Assembly: GCA_036172245.1 (NCBI GenBank)
Contig: JAYWIR010000002.1
Coordinates: forward strand, 1,426,001-1,490,000
Direction: 5' to 3'
DNA from: Raillietiella orientalis
Taxonomy: Eukaryota
Length of the DNA stretch: 64,000 bases
Under the pieces are notes generated by a model that saw only the letters and a program-made list of their open reading frames with translations, did not search any database and had not been told where the DNA came from. Position 1 is the first letter of the stretch. The number at the start of each line of letters is the position of its first letter. A program made the translations under genes and the position numbers. This document shows positions 25,300 to 36,085 of the stretch, one piece after another.

Positions 25300-28200
25300 A
25301 AGGAAGGCGGCGGGTGATCACGCACATCGGGGGCCACGTAGGGTATGCCGGCTCCAGACCTCCGCCGCATTCATCAGCTGGCACGCCTTTCCTCGCAGGG
25401 GTTTCCAGGTTCCCGCGTCCTTCCCGGGCGTCGGTGGTCACGGGTCGCTGCACGCGGGAGGATGAGGATGAGGAGGAGCGAGGCTCCCTCGCCTGGTAGC
25501 ACGCCCCAAGCCACGGGGCGCATCTTCCTCGGGACGCGAACGCCGCGCGACCCCGTGGACCAAGTTCACACTCTACCTCTCGACGGATGGGTATCCGTCC
25601 GTCTCGGGCGACGGGGAGCTGCGGCGCTTGCGATGGGAACAGTCAGGAAGATCTGGGACAGGACCTCGCGTCTCCTGCTCGACCTGTCGCGTTCAGCCTC
25701 ATCCCGCGTTTCCGCAACGCGGACGAGGAAGCGCAGCGACGACAACGCGCAACGCACGCACGCACCCGAGGGCGGAGGCCTGCGCACCGGCGCTGGAAGC
25801 CCCCCCCCCCCCGCCCCATCCCGAAGTTTCTGTGGTCAGACGCCATCAACCACGCGCTGCCCGTGTCGAGCCGTCCGCCCGTGTGGCACGGGGTGCGGGG
25901 AGTTGCGCGGGAGTCTCGTGACGGCAGGGGCGGCTGTGTGCTGTGGATGTGGACCGCGCGGCGCAACAGTCGCCGCGGAACTCCACGTGGTTGCCAACGA
26001 AGCGCAACAGCGGCTGGCGCGCTCGAACGGGGGAGCAGGGGCTTTAGGTGGCCACCGGAGCAGGCGCGATTCGCCTCCGTCCCGAGAAGCGTGTCGGCGC
26101 ATGCGCGGAAGGAATCCGTTGGGGAAGTAGGCGGCCAGCCCTCCCGCGTTCCCGGAGTTCGTGCGTCCGTGAGTGCCCCTGGCGTAATCCGATTTTATGA
26201 GCATGCGTTCCCGTACACAAGGAAGGCCGTCTTGAGGGAAGCGCACGGTCGTCTCGGGAATCTGGTTTCGGGAAAAGACCCGGCGCGGGTCTCTTTCTGA
26301 AAGTCGAAGGGAGAAACCCCGGAAACCGAGGGATTACTCGGGGACCCGGAAAGATCGTGGAGAAGCTTGAACATGAGGGCTTCTGTATTTGGAGATGAGC
26401 GCATTGCTCCTCTCACAGGGCCGTCCGTGCCGGGCAGTCGCTTCCAGGACTATCGTTCTGGTTTCAGACTGTGGTTGTCAAGGAGGCTTCTTCGCCGCGC
26501 CCTCGCAAATTGGGGTCTGAGCGGAGGGACGGATCCATAACTGGAGGAGAACCGGAGATCAGGACCGAATTACAGAAGGACTAGACAGGGAAAAATGAGG
26601 AGCGGAAGCTTTCTGGAGCCGGAGGGTTCGAGCGGCAAGAGGGAAAGGTAGACCGTTATCTTTGGAAGGATAACTGGAGGAGGGGGATTGCCGATGAAGA
26701 CTTCGTTCCAGAGGGCGCCTTCCCCCCCAGGAATATACTGACGAGATACTTCGGAGGCTGTGGTTTCGCACCGGAACTTCAAATGCAGCCGGATGCGAAG
26801 AGGGAGCGCCGTTGAAGGCACAGGAGGGCAGACACAAGGAAGGAGGAGGCTGGGACCGGGAGAGCAGAGGAAGCTTCCCGTCCGCTTCTCGGATCCTATG
26901 CTGAGAGTGCAAGGCAGGACTGCTTGATTTACCATGGCAGAAGGGAGCCTAAGAAACTGCAGAGGCGTCGACGCAGCTCTTAGCAGATCGGAAGGAGATG
27001 CAGCTGAGCGGCAGCACGTCTTTTCACCCGGGTGCGCCGGGGCGTTTATTGAAAAACTATCTGAGAACAAAGATTCTCAGACAACGATACAAGAAGAAAA
27101 ACAGGAGGGAACCCCGACACGCAGGTCGGTAAGCGGCAGCACGTCTGCAGCCCGAGGTTGCGGAACCGACCCTTGATCAGCGCTCCCGGTTCCAGGAAAA
27201 GCATCGAGGGGTGAAACTTCCCAGAGGGAATCTCAGTCCCGCCTACTAATCGTCTGAAGGAAGGAGGGTAAGGTGGACCGGAAGCATCACCAGAGTCGGA
27301 AGGAAGGGGGAAGGAGGGTGCCCCTGCGACCCGTGAGAACATCCTTGGAGACCCTCTGGTCGCAGACGGTTGGCTTCCTACAAGAGGGGGCAAGGAGGGG
27401 CTGCAGTCGTCGCTGGTGCTCTCTCCAGCTGAGTCTACCGATTGTTCCAACTTTTGTTGAGGGTGCCGCCAGCAGAAGGCTCTCCTCTCTGAGTCTCGGA
27501 AAGTAGCGGGGGTGCGCGAACCTGGACGCAGTGGACGACGGAAGAGGCCTCCCGAGAAGACACCGGGAACATGGCGCTCTTGGGCTGCCAAAGTCACCGC
27601 CCTTTGTAATCCCACGGCAGAGGGACTGTAAGGGAACGGCTGCCGGCACGTCGGAACCGCGTGACGACGCAGCGTTCTGGAGTCCCGTAGGAAACGGGAA
27701 TCGGCAGCTCAGCCCGAATGGTCCATGGCATTGAAGGCGTCCGATGTCCGAGGAAGAGGGGAGAGCAAAACGTGTTCCCCGTTCTTAGGCATCGCCACAG
27801 AAGTGGGAGAGCGTAATAACAAGGTATGGTGGTCAGGGAGCACCACTCTCGTTATCCGGAGTGATTGGAGTAGCGGGCCCCTGTGGAGACTCTGCACCTG
27901 TGCTGGGAAGCGACAGGAGAGGGACAGACGAAGGCTTAGATCCGGGAACGCGAACGCGTGAGACCGCAAAGATCAATTTGTAGTGCGTGGATGGAGAGGG
28001 TGCTCAGGGAGGATCCTGAGCTATCATCCGGGTAACCACTTTTCCCGTTGCATCCCATTAGCGGGATTGCTCTCGCAGTAGAGAAAATGGGTAGGATTGG
28101 AATGTCGCGCTTCATCTCGCGGCAGACCCTGGAAGCCTTGATCATCATCTCTTAGTTTCGATGCTTCGTGGAGAGATGGCGCGCGACTAGCGCTGCCTCC
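25300..28200 (+). mobile_element. Heavily decayed Ty1/copia-like pol remnant (integrase, then RT, then RNase H); boundaries approximate
   Basis: Motif-like fragments in copia order: IPKFLWSDAINHA (integrase, ~25820), GCVLWM..GSRGFRW, ALGLPKSP (cf. YGLKQSP, ~27580), DVRGRGE...FLGI (~27750), RILSYHPG (cf. RILRYLKG, ~28015), FDASWRDG (cf. SDADWAG, ~28160). Many frameshifts; no LTRs seen. Confidence 0.45.
27022..27131 (-). mobile_element. 110-bp retroposed element sharing the LINE 3' terminus, with 15-bp TSD
   Basis: AGCGGCAGCACGTCT occurs at both 27007-27021 and 27132-27146. The minus strand ends AATAAACGCCCCGGCGCACCCGGGTGAAA. Confidence 0.85.
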
Positions 28201-31185
28201 TGTTCGAAATGCCGCCTGCGCCTTCATTTTGCATCCGCTTAACGTACAACACTTGATGGAGATCTTCAAGGCCAGCCGCGTCTTCCTTCCCGCTCCCCAT
28301 TCTTTTCCTCTCGAGAGCGTGAGAGATTGCTCCCCGGACATCCGTCTTCCGGCCGTACGTGAAGCGATTTCTCCTTAGCCTGCCTCCGGAAGAATGCTCG
28401 CTGCTGTCTCCATCTAGCGAGCATCTCATACGGACGACTTCCCCATCTATCGAGGAAAGCATGAGTTTCTTCGGAGGCCATGTTTTTCACCCGGATTTGT
28501 CGGGGCATTTATTATTAAAATTTGCAAACAAATTTCATAATAAAATCATTGTCGTACATATCGTGGTAAAGCACTTGGTTCTACCACGCGTGGAAGACTT
28601 GCTGTGAACCGGTACGCATACCGGTGAGGTCCTCTCCTTTGGAGGGGGGGGAGGGAATACCAGAAAAACAATTTTCTTTTCGGAGGCCATGTGGGCGTCC
28701 TGCAAGAGCTGCTGCATGGACAACCTCTTCCGGTTTCCCACAGTTTTTTTCAGAACTCTCCGCACCCTCGTTCGAGTGGAACGGTGGACTAGGGAGCAAG
28801 TTCAATGCAGATCCTCCGCCCGAGCCTTTCGCTCGGAACCCTCAGAAGAGGGTGGACCTCCACGGGAGGCCGCGAGTTTCCTGCTTGAAGACCTGGTTTC
28901 CTGTCATTAGGCCTCCCTCTGGCGCAGGAGTAGGAAGGAATGGGATGGATGACCCCGAGAGAGTCTGGAGAGGGAACTCGAAGCATTCCGGCCCGCACCA
29001 TCGGGAAAGATGGAAGGATGAAGGACGGCCCAAAGAGAGGAGGCATCACGTCAGAGCACGCCGGGGTCCCAGGAGACGTGGCCCGGATACCGACCAAGCG
29101 CCAGAATGTCATGCCCGTAGGGATGCTCCTTCATGTGCCCTCCTTTTCCTCTCACGCCCACCCAAGTGGTCCTCCGGGAGGTCCCTGCAGAGGAAAGGGT
29201 GAAGGAGAGAATCGCGGGTTGCGCCTCACCACTGGGGGTACGGCCCGGGTCACGCCCGTCCGTCGCCCTCGAGAAAAAACGCGAGCGCGCGCGTGCGCGC
29301 ATGCAGAAAGGCCGCCGCGGCGGAACGGGCGGCGGCCTTTCAGTCACCATCCCTCAGTGCCGCATCCCGGTGGGGAGCGTGCGCGGTGCTCCCGCCTGGC
29401 CCGGCCGGTCCCTTGGACGAAGGTGAGCATCGCAAAACCCTGGGGGAGAGGGAGGAGGGGACAGCAGCTTGCGCACTCATGCCGCGAATCGGACGCGCCA
29501 ATTCGGGACCAGGCTGAACGCTCGGGGGCACTAGGGTGCTCCCCGGCTGGACCTCTCCTCCGAGACCCTCCCGCTCCCGCTCCGAGCGGCATGACAGCCT
29601 CCTCTACAACGCTGTCCCGGGGCGCGTACGTGCAGCACGTTCCGTCCCTTGCCATCTGCAACCTCCACCCTTTCCCACCCCATGTATCTGCGAGACCTCG
29701 ATCAGCCCTGGTAGGGGGAACCCTCGCTTTCCGCTCCGGGGTATTCGCGTCTCTTGGCAACTGCTGCTTCGGAACACGCCCCGGCGAGAGGCTAGCAGTC
29801 ATCCGTTTGAGCGCTGGGGGCGACCCTATCCTCTACAGCGGCACTAGGATGCACCGGGGCCCATGCGGTCCCCAATGAAGAGAGGGGGGAACTCCGGGCG
29901 CCCATTACCCTGGGGACCTTGTCGACACGCTGCTGCCGCCTCCAGAAGGATCGTCTTGGTCTTGGGCAGGTCAAGTCGCCCTCCCGCGTGGCACGCACTG
30001 GCGCGTTCTCTGCGGGGGGGAGGGAGGGACGTCTCCCAGGGCACCCTGCTGCTCAGCGATCCCGTGAATGCTCGGCTTGCGGATCGTCCACGAGGACAGC
30101 TTTCCCTCTGGTTAGCCTCCATCAAGGCGGGGTAGACGGCAAAGCGCACGGCCTTGCGTGCTCCCGCCGTTTGATCGCAGGGAGGCACGGGCGCGCCGTT
30201 TTCTTGCGGTCACCCGCCGCAGCCCGAGGGCTTCCGCGCCTCCGGCAAGGATCAAGACTGCGCAGCCGTTGAACCGTCGGCTCTTTCGTTCCCGGGGCGA
30301 TTCCAGAGGCCCCAGGGGGAACGCGGAGGAGGGGAGAAACGCTGCCGGAACCGAAAGGAGAAAAAGGGTGATCCATCCTGCGGACCTTGGCGTGGCTCTG
30401 GGAAGGGGGGAGGGGGTTACGTTGGTTCCTCCCCCCCTTCCGTTCGCGCAATAGGATGGACGCCTGCTCGTCTCTCCGGAGTTCCCTTGGCACGGGGCGG
30501 GGACAGAACCTTCGCTTCTACGTCTGACAGGATGCGGACTGACCGCCGCCGCATCCTGGTCGGAACGAAGGCTATCAGGAATCAGGGAGACGGCGGCGAA
30601 GTTTCCTGGCAACGAAGGCAGTGGGAGCAGGATGCTTCCTTCCCTTTCCGTTGGTCCCTCCTTGCGTTTGGGAGCGCGCCCACAGCGTCCGGGAACGGCG
30701 GCAGGAGAGACTCCTCCTCGTCTCCTTGGACGACGCGCGCGCCACAGAGAGGAGACGGCTGTCTTCTTCCTGTCCCTGCGGTTTCCCGGGAAACAACTGA
30801 ACCTGCTGCAGCGCTCGCCGCCTCTACGGGATGCCTTCTAGATGGCGAGTTGCTCGCCACCCCAGTCCGGAGGAGTCTTCCGGGCGACCTCTTCCAGGCC
30901 GATGACCCGCCTCAGTTCCCTCCTTTCTCGTCTTCCCCTTAACGGAGCTCCCAGGAGTGGCCCGAACGCCCTACAGGGTGACGCGGAATGCACGCTGCCG
31001 TGCGACAGGAGCACAGCTTCCGGGCCTATGCAAAGCCCTCGGGGAGAGGGGGTGGCGGTGGACCGTTCGGGAAACGACCGTGATCCCTGCACGGACTGCT
31101 CCCTGGGAGGGCGATTCCTTCGCACCTCCTCTCGCTTCCTCTCTGGGAGGTCTCCTCTCTTTCTCTCGCAGAAGAGTGCGTCACC

Positions 31186-32317
31186 ATGACGTCCGCCGGG
31201 CCTGTGAACGGCTCCAGAGAAGAGCTGCGGTGGCAGATACCATCTCTAGTGGTCGCGGCATTCCTGGTCTCGATGCTGGCTCCAGGAGTCGGCGCCCACG
31301 GAAGGATGATCGAGCCTCCTTCTCGGTCCAGCATGTGGAGGTTGGCAGGGGGAGGGAGAGAGAAGGCGTGATGCCTCCACTCGTCCCGTTTTCCTCCTCC
31401 AGGAAGGGCTTCGCCACCCCCCGCAACTACAACGACCACGAGCTCTTCTGCGGGGGGTTTACTAGGCAGTGGGTCCAGAACGAAGGTCGATGCGGAGTCT
31501 GCGGTGACCCCTGGGACGCCCCCGAGGTAGGCGCACGACGATCCCTCCAGCATCCTTTCTGGCTCTCTGTCTCTTCCTCCCCGTCCAGCCCAGGGACAAC
31601 GAGGCCGGAGGTCGGTACGCCCTAAGGATCGTCTCCGCCCGGTACTCCCAAGGCGGGGTCGCCCGAATCGGCATCGAGCTGACAGCCAGTCACCGGGGGC
31701 ACTTCGAGTTCCGGATCTGCCCCGCCCCGAGCGACTCGGAGGAGGTTACGCAGGAGTGCCTCGACCGGCATCCGCTGAGGGACGTCCGCACCAACCGCAC
31801 ACGCCTGGAGGCGCCCGAGGAGAGCGGCCCCGTCTTCGCCGACTACCAGCTTCCGGAAGACGTGGTGTGCCAGCGGTGTGTCCTGCAGTGGAGATATGTC
31901 GCGGGCAACAACTGGGGCCGGTGCCCCGATGGCGTGAGCCGCGTGGGGTGCGGTCCGCAGGAGGAGTTCCGCGCCTGCGCCGACGTCGCCGTTTCGGCTC
32001 TCCCCCGCGCACCTGGCCAAGGAACCTCGGACGGCGGCACGGATACGTCAACAGACGGGACCACGAAGGTGGAGGGGGGGAAAAAGGGGGAGGAGGAAGA
32101 GGAGGGTGCAGGCGACACCACGCTCGTCCTGGTCTTCGCCGTCCTCTGCTCGCTCTCGCTCTTCGGGTTTCTCCTCCTCTGCGTGCCGGCACTGGCAAGG
32201 GCGTCCGGTGCCAAACGCCTCGCCGCCGCCCTCTGGAAGGACCGCGGGACGGCAACAGCGGCGGCGGAACCGAAGAGCGACCACCAACCAAGTCGCCAGG
32301 GGGACACGGCGGTGTGA
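31186..32317 (+). CDS. AA15 lytic polysaccharide monooxygenase (chitin-binding type-4 domain) with C-terminal TM helix; exons 31186-31340, 31403-31526, 31589-32317 (335 aa)
   Basis: Signal-like leader, then mature N-terminal His in HGRMIEPPSRSSMWR. Further motifs: YNDHELFCGG, CGVCGDPW, ELTASHRGHFEFRICP, CVLQWRYVAGNNWG, GCGPQEEFRACAD. Two in-phase 62-nt GT-AG introns; AATAAA at 32433-32438. Confidence 0.95.
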
Positions 32318-33185
32318 CCACGGCCCCTCCCTCCTCTCCCGTGTCCATTTCTGCCTGTACCGAGTGCTGGCAGCGCTCGCGACCTGCCCCGACCCCCTCC
32401 CATCCTGCCCGCCCTCTTCTTCTTCTCGCTCTAATAAACGCCTGCGGAGACTGGAGAAGAATACGCGGAGCCAAAGTAAGGGTCACGGGAGGTTGCCCTT
32501 GGTGGGGAGCAGCTTCCCGGTCCCGGGCTGATGTGCCACTCGTGTCGGCGAAGGCGCCACACCGCTCTCCCCCCCCCCTTCCTTCCTGTTTCCTTGAGGG
32601 TCTCCTGAGCCCAAAGGGACACTCTGAGGGGCCGCACCCCATCCCACGGAAAAGCACGCGCCGTGCTGACGAGCCGCAGCGATCGCGGGATCAGCCGTTC
32701 GGAAGTCTTCCTGAAGATGTTCCCTTCCCCCACCACACTCTCTCCCTCCTGAAGAAGGGAGGAAGAGGAGGGAGGGAGCACCCACCGATAGGTCGCTCGC
32801 CAGACGGCGCGAGCGGAGGGGCGAGGAAGCCGCTCACATTACGTCGCCCGAGGAAGTCGGGAGTGGGGGCTCCCGGGGTGGAGGAGGAAAGGGAAAGTCA
32901 CACGACGCGAGACTCTCCCGTTTCATTTCCCGGGAGTCGGAGGGATCTCGGCACCCGCGGGACCTCCCAGGAAATGACCACTTCGCTCTCCTGGAAGCAC
33001 TCGTTCTCCAATTCTCGCTGAAAATCGGAGGGAAGGCTCGGCTGCCAAGAAGCGACGGGGGACCTTCCATCTCATTTTGGGGTCGATGCAAGGAGGAAAC
33101 ACGGGGGGGAGCAGCCCCTCCCACTTTTCGATAGGAAACGGACGGTCCTCCCGAAAAGTGCCTCGACTGGCACCCAAAAGCACTC

Positions 33186-33770
33186 CTCTTCAAGTCGTAG
33201 AGGGCACTCCAGGAGGAGACCATCCTATGAATCCAAGAAGGGCTCGGAGTCCGTTCCCCTCACGTCTGGGGAGGGATCTCCGAAGGTAACACTCCACCCT
33301 GGTTGTCTCCGAATGAAATCTCGAAGGGAATCTCCTCCCTTATTCTCTCCGAAGGGAACCCCGGAGGGGACCACTCCATTTTTTCTTCTTCAGAGGGAAC
33401 CTGCAAGGGATCCGCTCCTTCTTCCCTCCTCTCAAGAAAACTCCGAAGGTATGCTTCCCAATTTCTCCAAAGGGTCATGCTCCCGAAGCGAGCAGCGCGC
33501 TTCTTGACACTGGTGCATCAACCAGCTCCATGGTACGATAATCTTGGCCAGTCAGCAAGGGCATCCGGGGTTTCCGGCTGCTTCCACGAGCGGCGCCACA
33601 CCCGAGGTCTACAGGCCAACCAGCGTCATCTTGCGGGGGAAACTGGAAACCTCCCCCCCCGACGCACCCCCCTTTCTCGGCATCGATCCTTCCCCCGGCA
33701 GGGATTCGAGCCCGCGACGCTCTGTGATGCCACGCGCGGAGACCATAGCCACACGGCTACCGACGCAGGT
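33186..33770 (-). mobile_element. tRNA-derived SINE, copy C
   Basis: Head GCGTCGGTAGCCGTGTGGCTATGGTCTCCGCGCGTGGCATCACAGAGCGTCGCGGGCTCGAATCCC has A-box and B-box-like elements. The body aligns with copies A and B. Confidence 0.75.
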
Positions 33771-35377
33771 CCGGGTCTCACCCCCTTCCCTGAACGCGTG
33801 CCAAGATGGCGTAGTATCGAACGCTCCGCTCCACGGAGGACGCCCCCTTCCTGTCGCCGGAAGCAAGAGCTCTCCCGCCTAATCGTGGGGCATCCATCCT
33901 GCTCCCTCTCGAACCACTCGCAAGGAGGGTCGTGGCGGCGCTAGGCCTTCCGGCATTCTTGGCCGAGAGGCTGAGGGAGGCGGGAACTTCTCCCCCTCCT
34001 TTAGGTGCGGCGCCACTGGGATCAGCAGAGTTCCCTAAGGGGGGACGTATCCCGGACGTATCCTCCTCTTACCCTCATTGTCCCCTCCGTTTCACTCTCC
34101 TTCCCCCTTACACCTTTTCCCTTTTCCTGGGATTTTCTTTAAGAATGGCTGCCCTCCCAGCAGCTCGCCACCGGGAGCTGCGGAGTCGTACGGAACTGAA
34201 GTCCCGTACGACTCCTCTTTTCTCAGCAACCTTCGCAACGCCCTCCCCCTCCCTCCCCCTCCGACTGGAGCTTCGAGACCGCAGGTGACGGGATGTGCCA
34301 GATCAGCTGACGAACGGCAGATCAGTAGGGAAAGAATAGACACTGAGGGGGGCTCACTCCACAGTGTCTGCGCTGGTGCCATCCGGTGCTCCTTTTCCCT
34401 GCTTCCAGTGCCGCGCAGATCCCCTCATGAGCAGGCGGGAAGACCCGCTTCGAGATCGCCGCACGGTGAGGCGTCAGTGCAGGCGTCATCGCTTCTCGGC
34501 CTTTTAGCTAAGATCAAAGTGCAGTGAAGAAAGGTAGAGGGGGAAGGATAGGAGGTCTCTTGGGACGGACGCAGGTACAGGACTGCCGTCGAGTTCCCCG
34601 GCTACCTGAAGGGGCGCCACGGAAGTCGTTGGCGCACGTCCTCCTCGCGACTTCATCGAGTGGTCCCAGGAAGCAATCCAGCCACTCCAGGGATGCGACA
34701 TTGAACTCTTGGATAAGCCTCCACATCCCCCCAGTGAGCCCGAAGAGTTTCCTTCCAGGATTACCCTCCGGTTGGAGCCCTCGCCTCGCCTTCACCTCTC
34801 CCACGAGGGAGCGCCCCAGTGTCGTGCCCTCTCCGGATGCGATGAAGAACGAAACCGCGGTTCCCAGAACGCCGCTAGGAGCGATAGCGGCGCTTTCGGA
34901 TGGTTCGTTTTCGCTCCACTCCCTTGGCTGACCTCTCTCAGCATCCCGCCCAAGATCAATCCCTTCTCCTCCTCCACCACTGCCTTCACTCCGAGAAGGG
35001 AACTGATCGGCGTTTCCTGGGAGACGGGGAACACCTCCACCACCTCCACCTTGGAGATGCTTCCGTGAGACGCTGGAGACAGGAAGGAAGGGGGGTCTCC
35101 TATAAGCGAGAGGGGGAAAGGGACGAAAAAGAAAGGAGAAGGGCGAGGAGGAAGGCAGGAGGCTGAGAACGAGAGAGCAATTGGATGTGGGTCCGGGACG
35201 GCGGATCCACCGTCTGCCTTCGGAGATCTCTTGCCGGTTGGGACACCGAGCGGGCGCACCACCGTCCCTGAGGGGGTCTCTGTAAGCCTTGGGAGCGATT
35301 TGCGGCTCAGATGCGGGCCGTGATTCCTCCACCCGTCCCTTCATCCCCTTCCCCCCAAAAGGCAGAACTTGCCGGCA

Positions 35378-36085
35378 TCAGCTGTGGATTTCCTCCACGC
35401 CTTTCTCCCTCTGGCCAGCTGCGGCGGGAGCTGCATCCTTCCCCGTTGTCCCCGAGTGGTGGGAGTTCCGGGCCGCACTTCCTTCACAAGTCCGATCCAC
35501 GAGGTACCGGACCACTTCGAGTACGTGGTTGCGGTGCTCCTCTTCCTTCCCGTCGTCGTCTCTGTGGCAGGGTCGAGAACCGCTGATCTGCCCCCACAGG
35601 GAGGCCTTGGCACTGGCGAAGGCCTCACGGAAAGCCACCTCCGTGTCATGGTCTGCGCACCACTGCCGGGAGTCGGCTGAGACCGTGACCGCGGTGTAGT
35701 CGAAAGAGATGCTCGACGGCACCCAGCAGCACGTGCACTGGCAGAAGAGCAGGTCGCCGTAGGTGACTCTCCTCCACTTCCACCTCTTTTTCCTCCCCCT
35801 CTTCGCGCCTCGAGGGGGAGCTCCGGAAGAAGAACTGTTCTCGCGCTTCCGGCACCCTGTGGACGCACAGGAACGCCGCCAGCCAACTCCGGCGGCTGTC
35901 GACCTCGCCTCCTTCGTAACGACTTTGGAGCTGAAGGGTCTGCGGGTCGCCGCTCTGCAGGGGAGGCACAGGAGGCAGAGGCGCCTCCACCATCCGACTG
36001 GTACACCCTGACCTTCGCCGCCGTCTCCGTCGTCCCCTACAAAAGGACCTTCTCCCCTTTCCTCCTCTCTCCCTCTCCTGGTCAT
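35378..36085 (-). CDS. Hypothetical Arg/Cys-rich protein (about 235 aa), family not recognised
   Basis: Open frame from ATG 36085. The 3' half has strong G/C third-position bias (GAC CTG CTC TTC TGC CAG TGC ACG...) and protein-like composition (HVLEVVRYLVDRTCE). Confidence 0.4.
   Translation of the reverse strand: MTRRGREEERGEGPFVGDDGDGGEGQGVPVGWWRRLCLLCLPCRAATRRPFSSKVVTKEARSTAAGVGWRRSCASTGCRKRENSSSSGAPPRGAKRGRKKRWKWRRVTYGDLLFCQCTCCWVPSSISFDYTAVTVSADSRQWCADHDTEVAFREAFASAKASLWGQISGSRPCHRDDDGKEEEHRNHVLEVVRYLVDRTCEGSAARNSHHSGTTGKDAAPAAAGQREKGVEEIHS

Noticed and set aside
27147-28340. Continuation of the minus-strand LINE upstream of the 27022 terminus
   Set aside because: The 15-bp TSD closes the insertion at 27131; the flanking sequence fits a plus-strand copia-like remnant better.
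32433-32442. AATAAACGCC matching the first 10 nt of the LINE terminus
   Set aside because: No CCCGG/CCGGG stem or TSD; best read as the LPMO poly(A) signal.
31756-33021. 421-aa ORF overlapping the LPMO
   Set aside because: Alternative frame of LPMO exon 3, kept open by the GC3 bias of the real frame.
33695-33770. Functional tRNA-His(GTG) in the SINE head
   Set aside because: The anticodon arm and acceptor stem do not form a cloverleaf, and the sequence is part of a repeat of about 600 bp.
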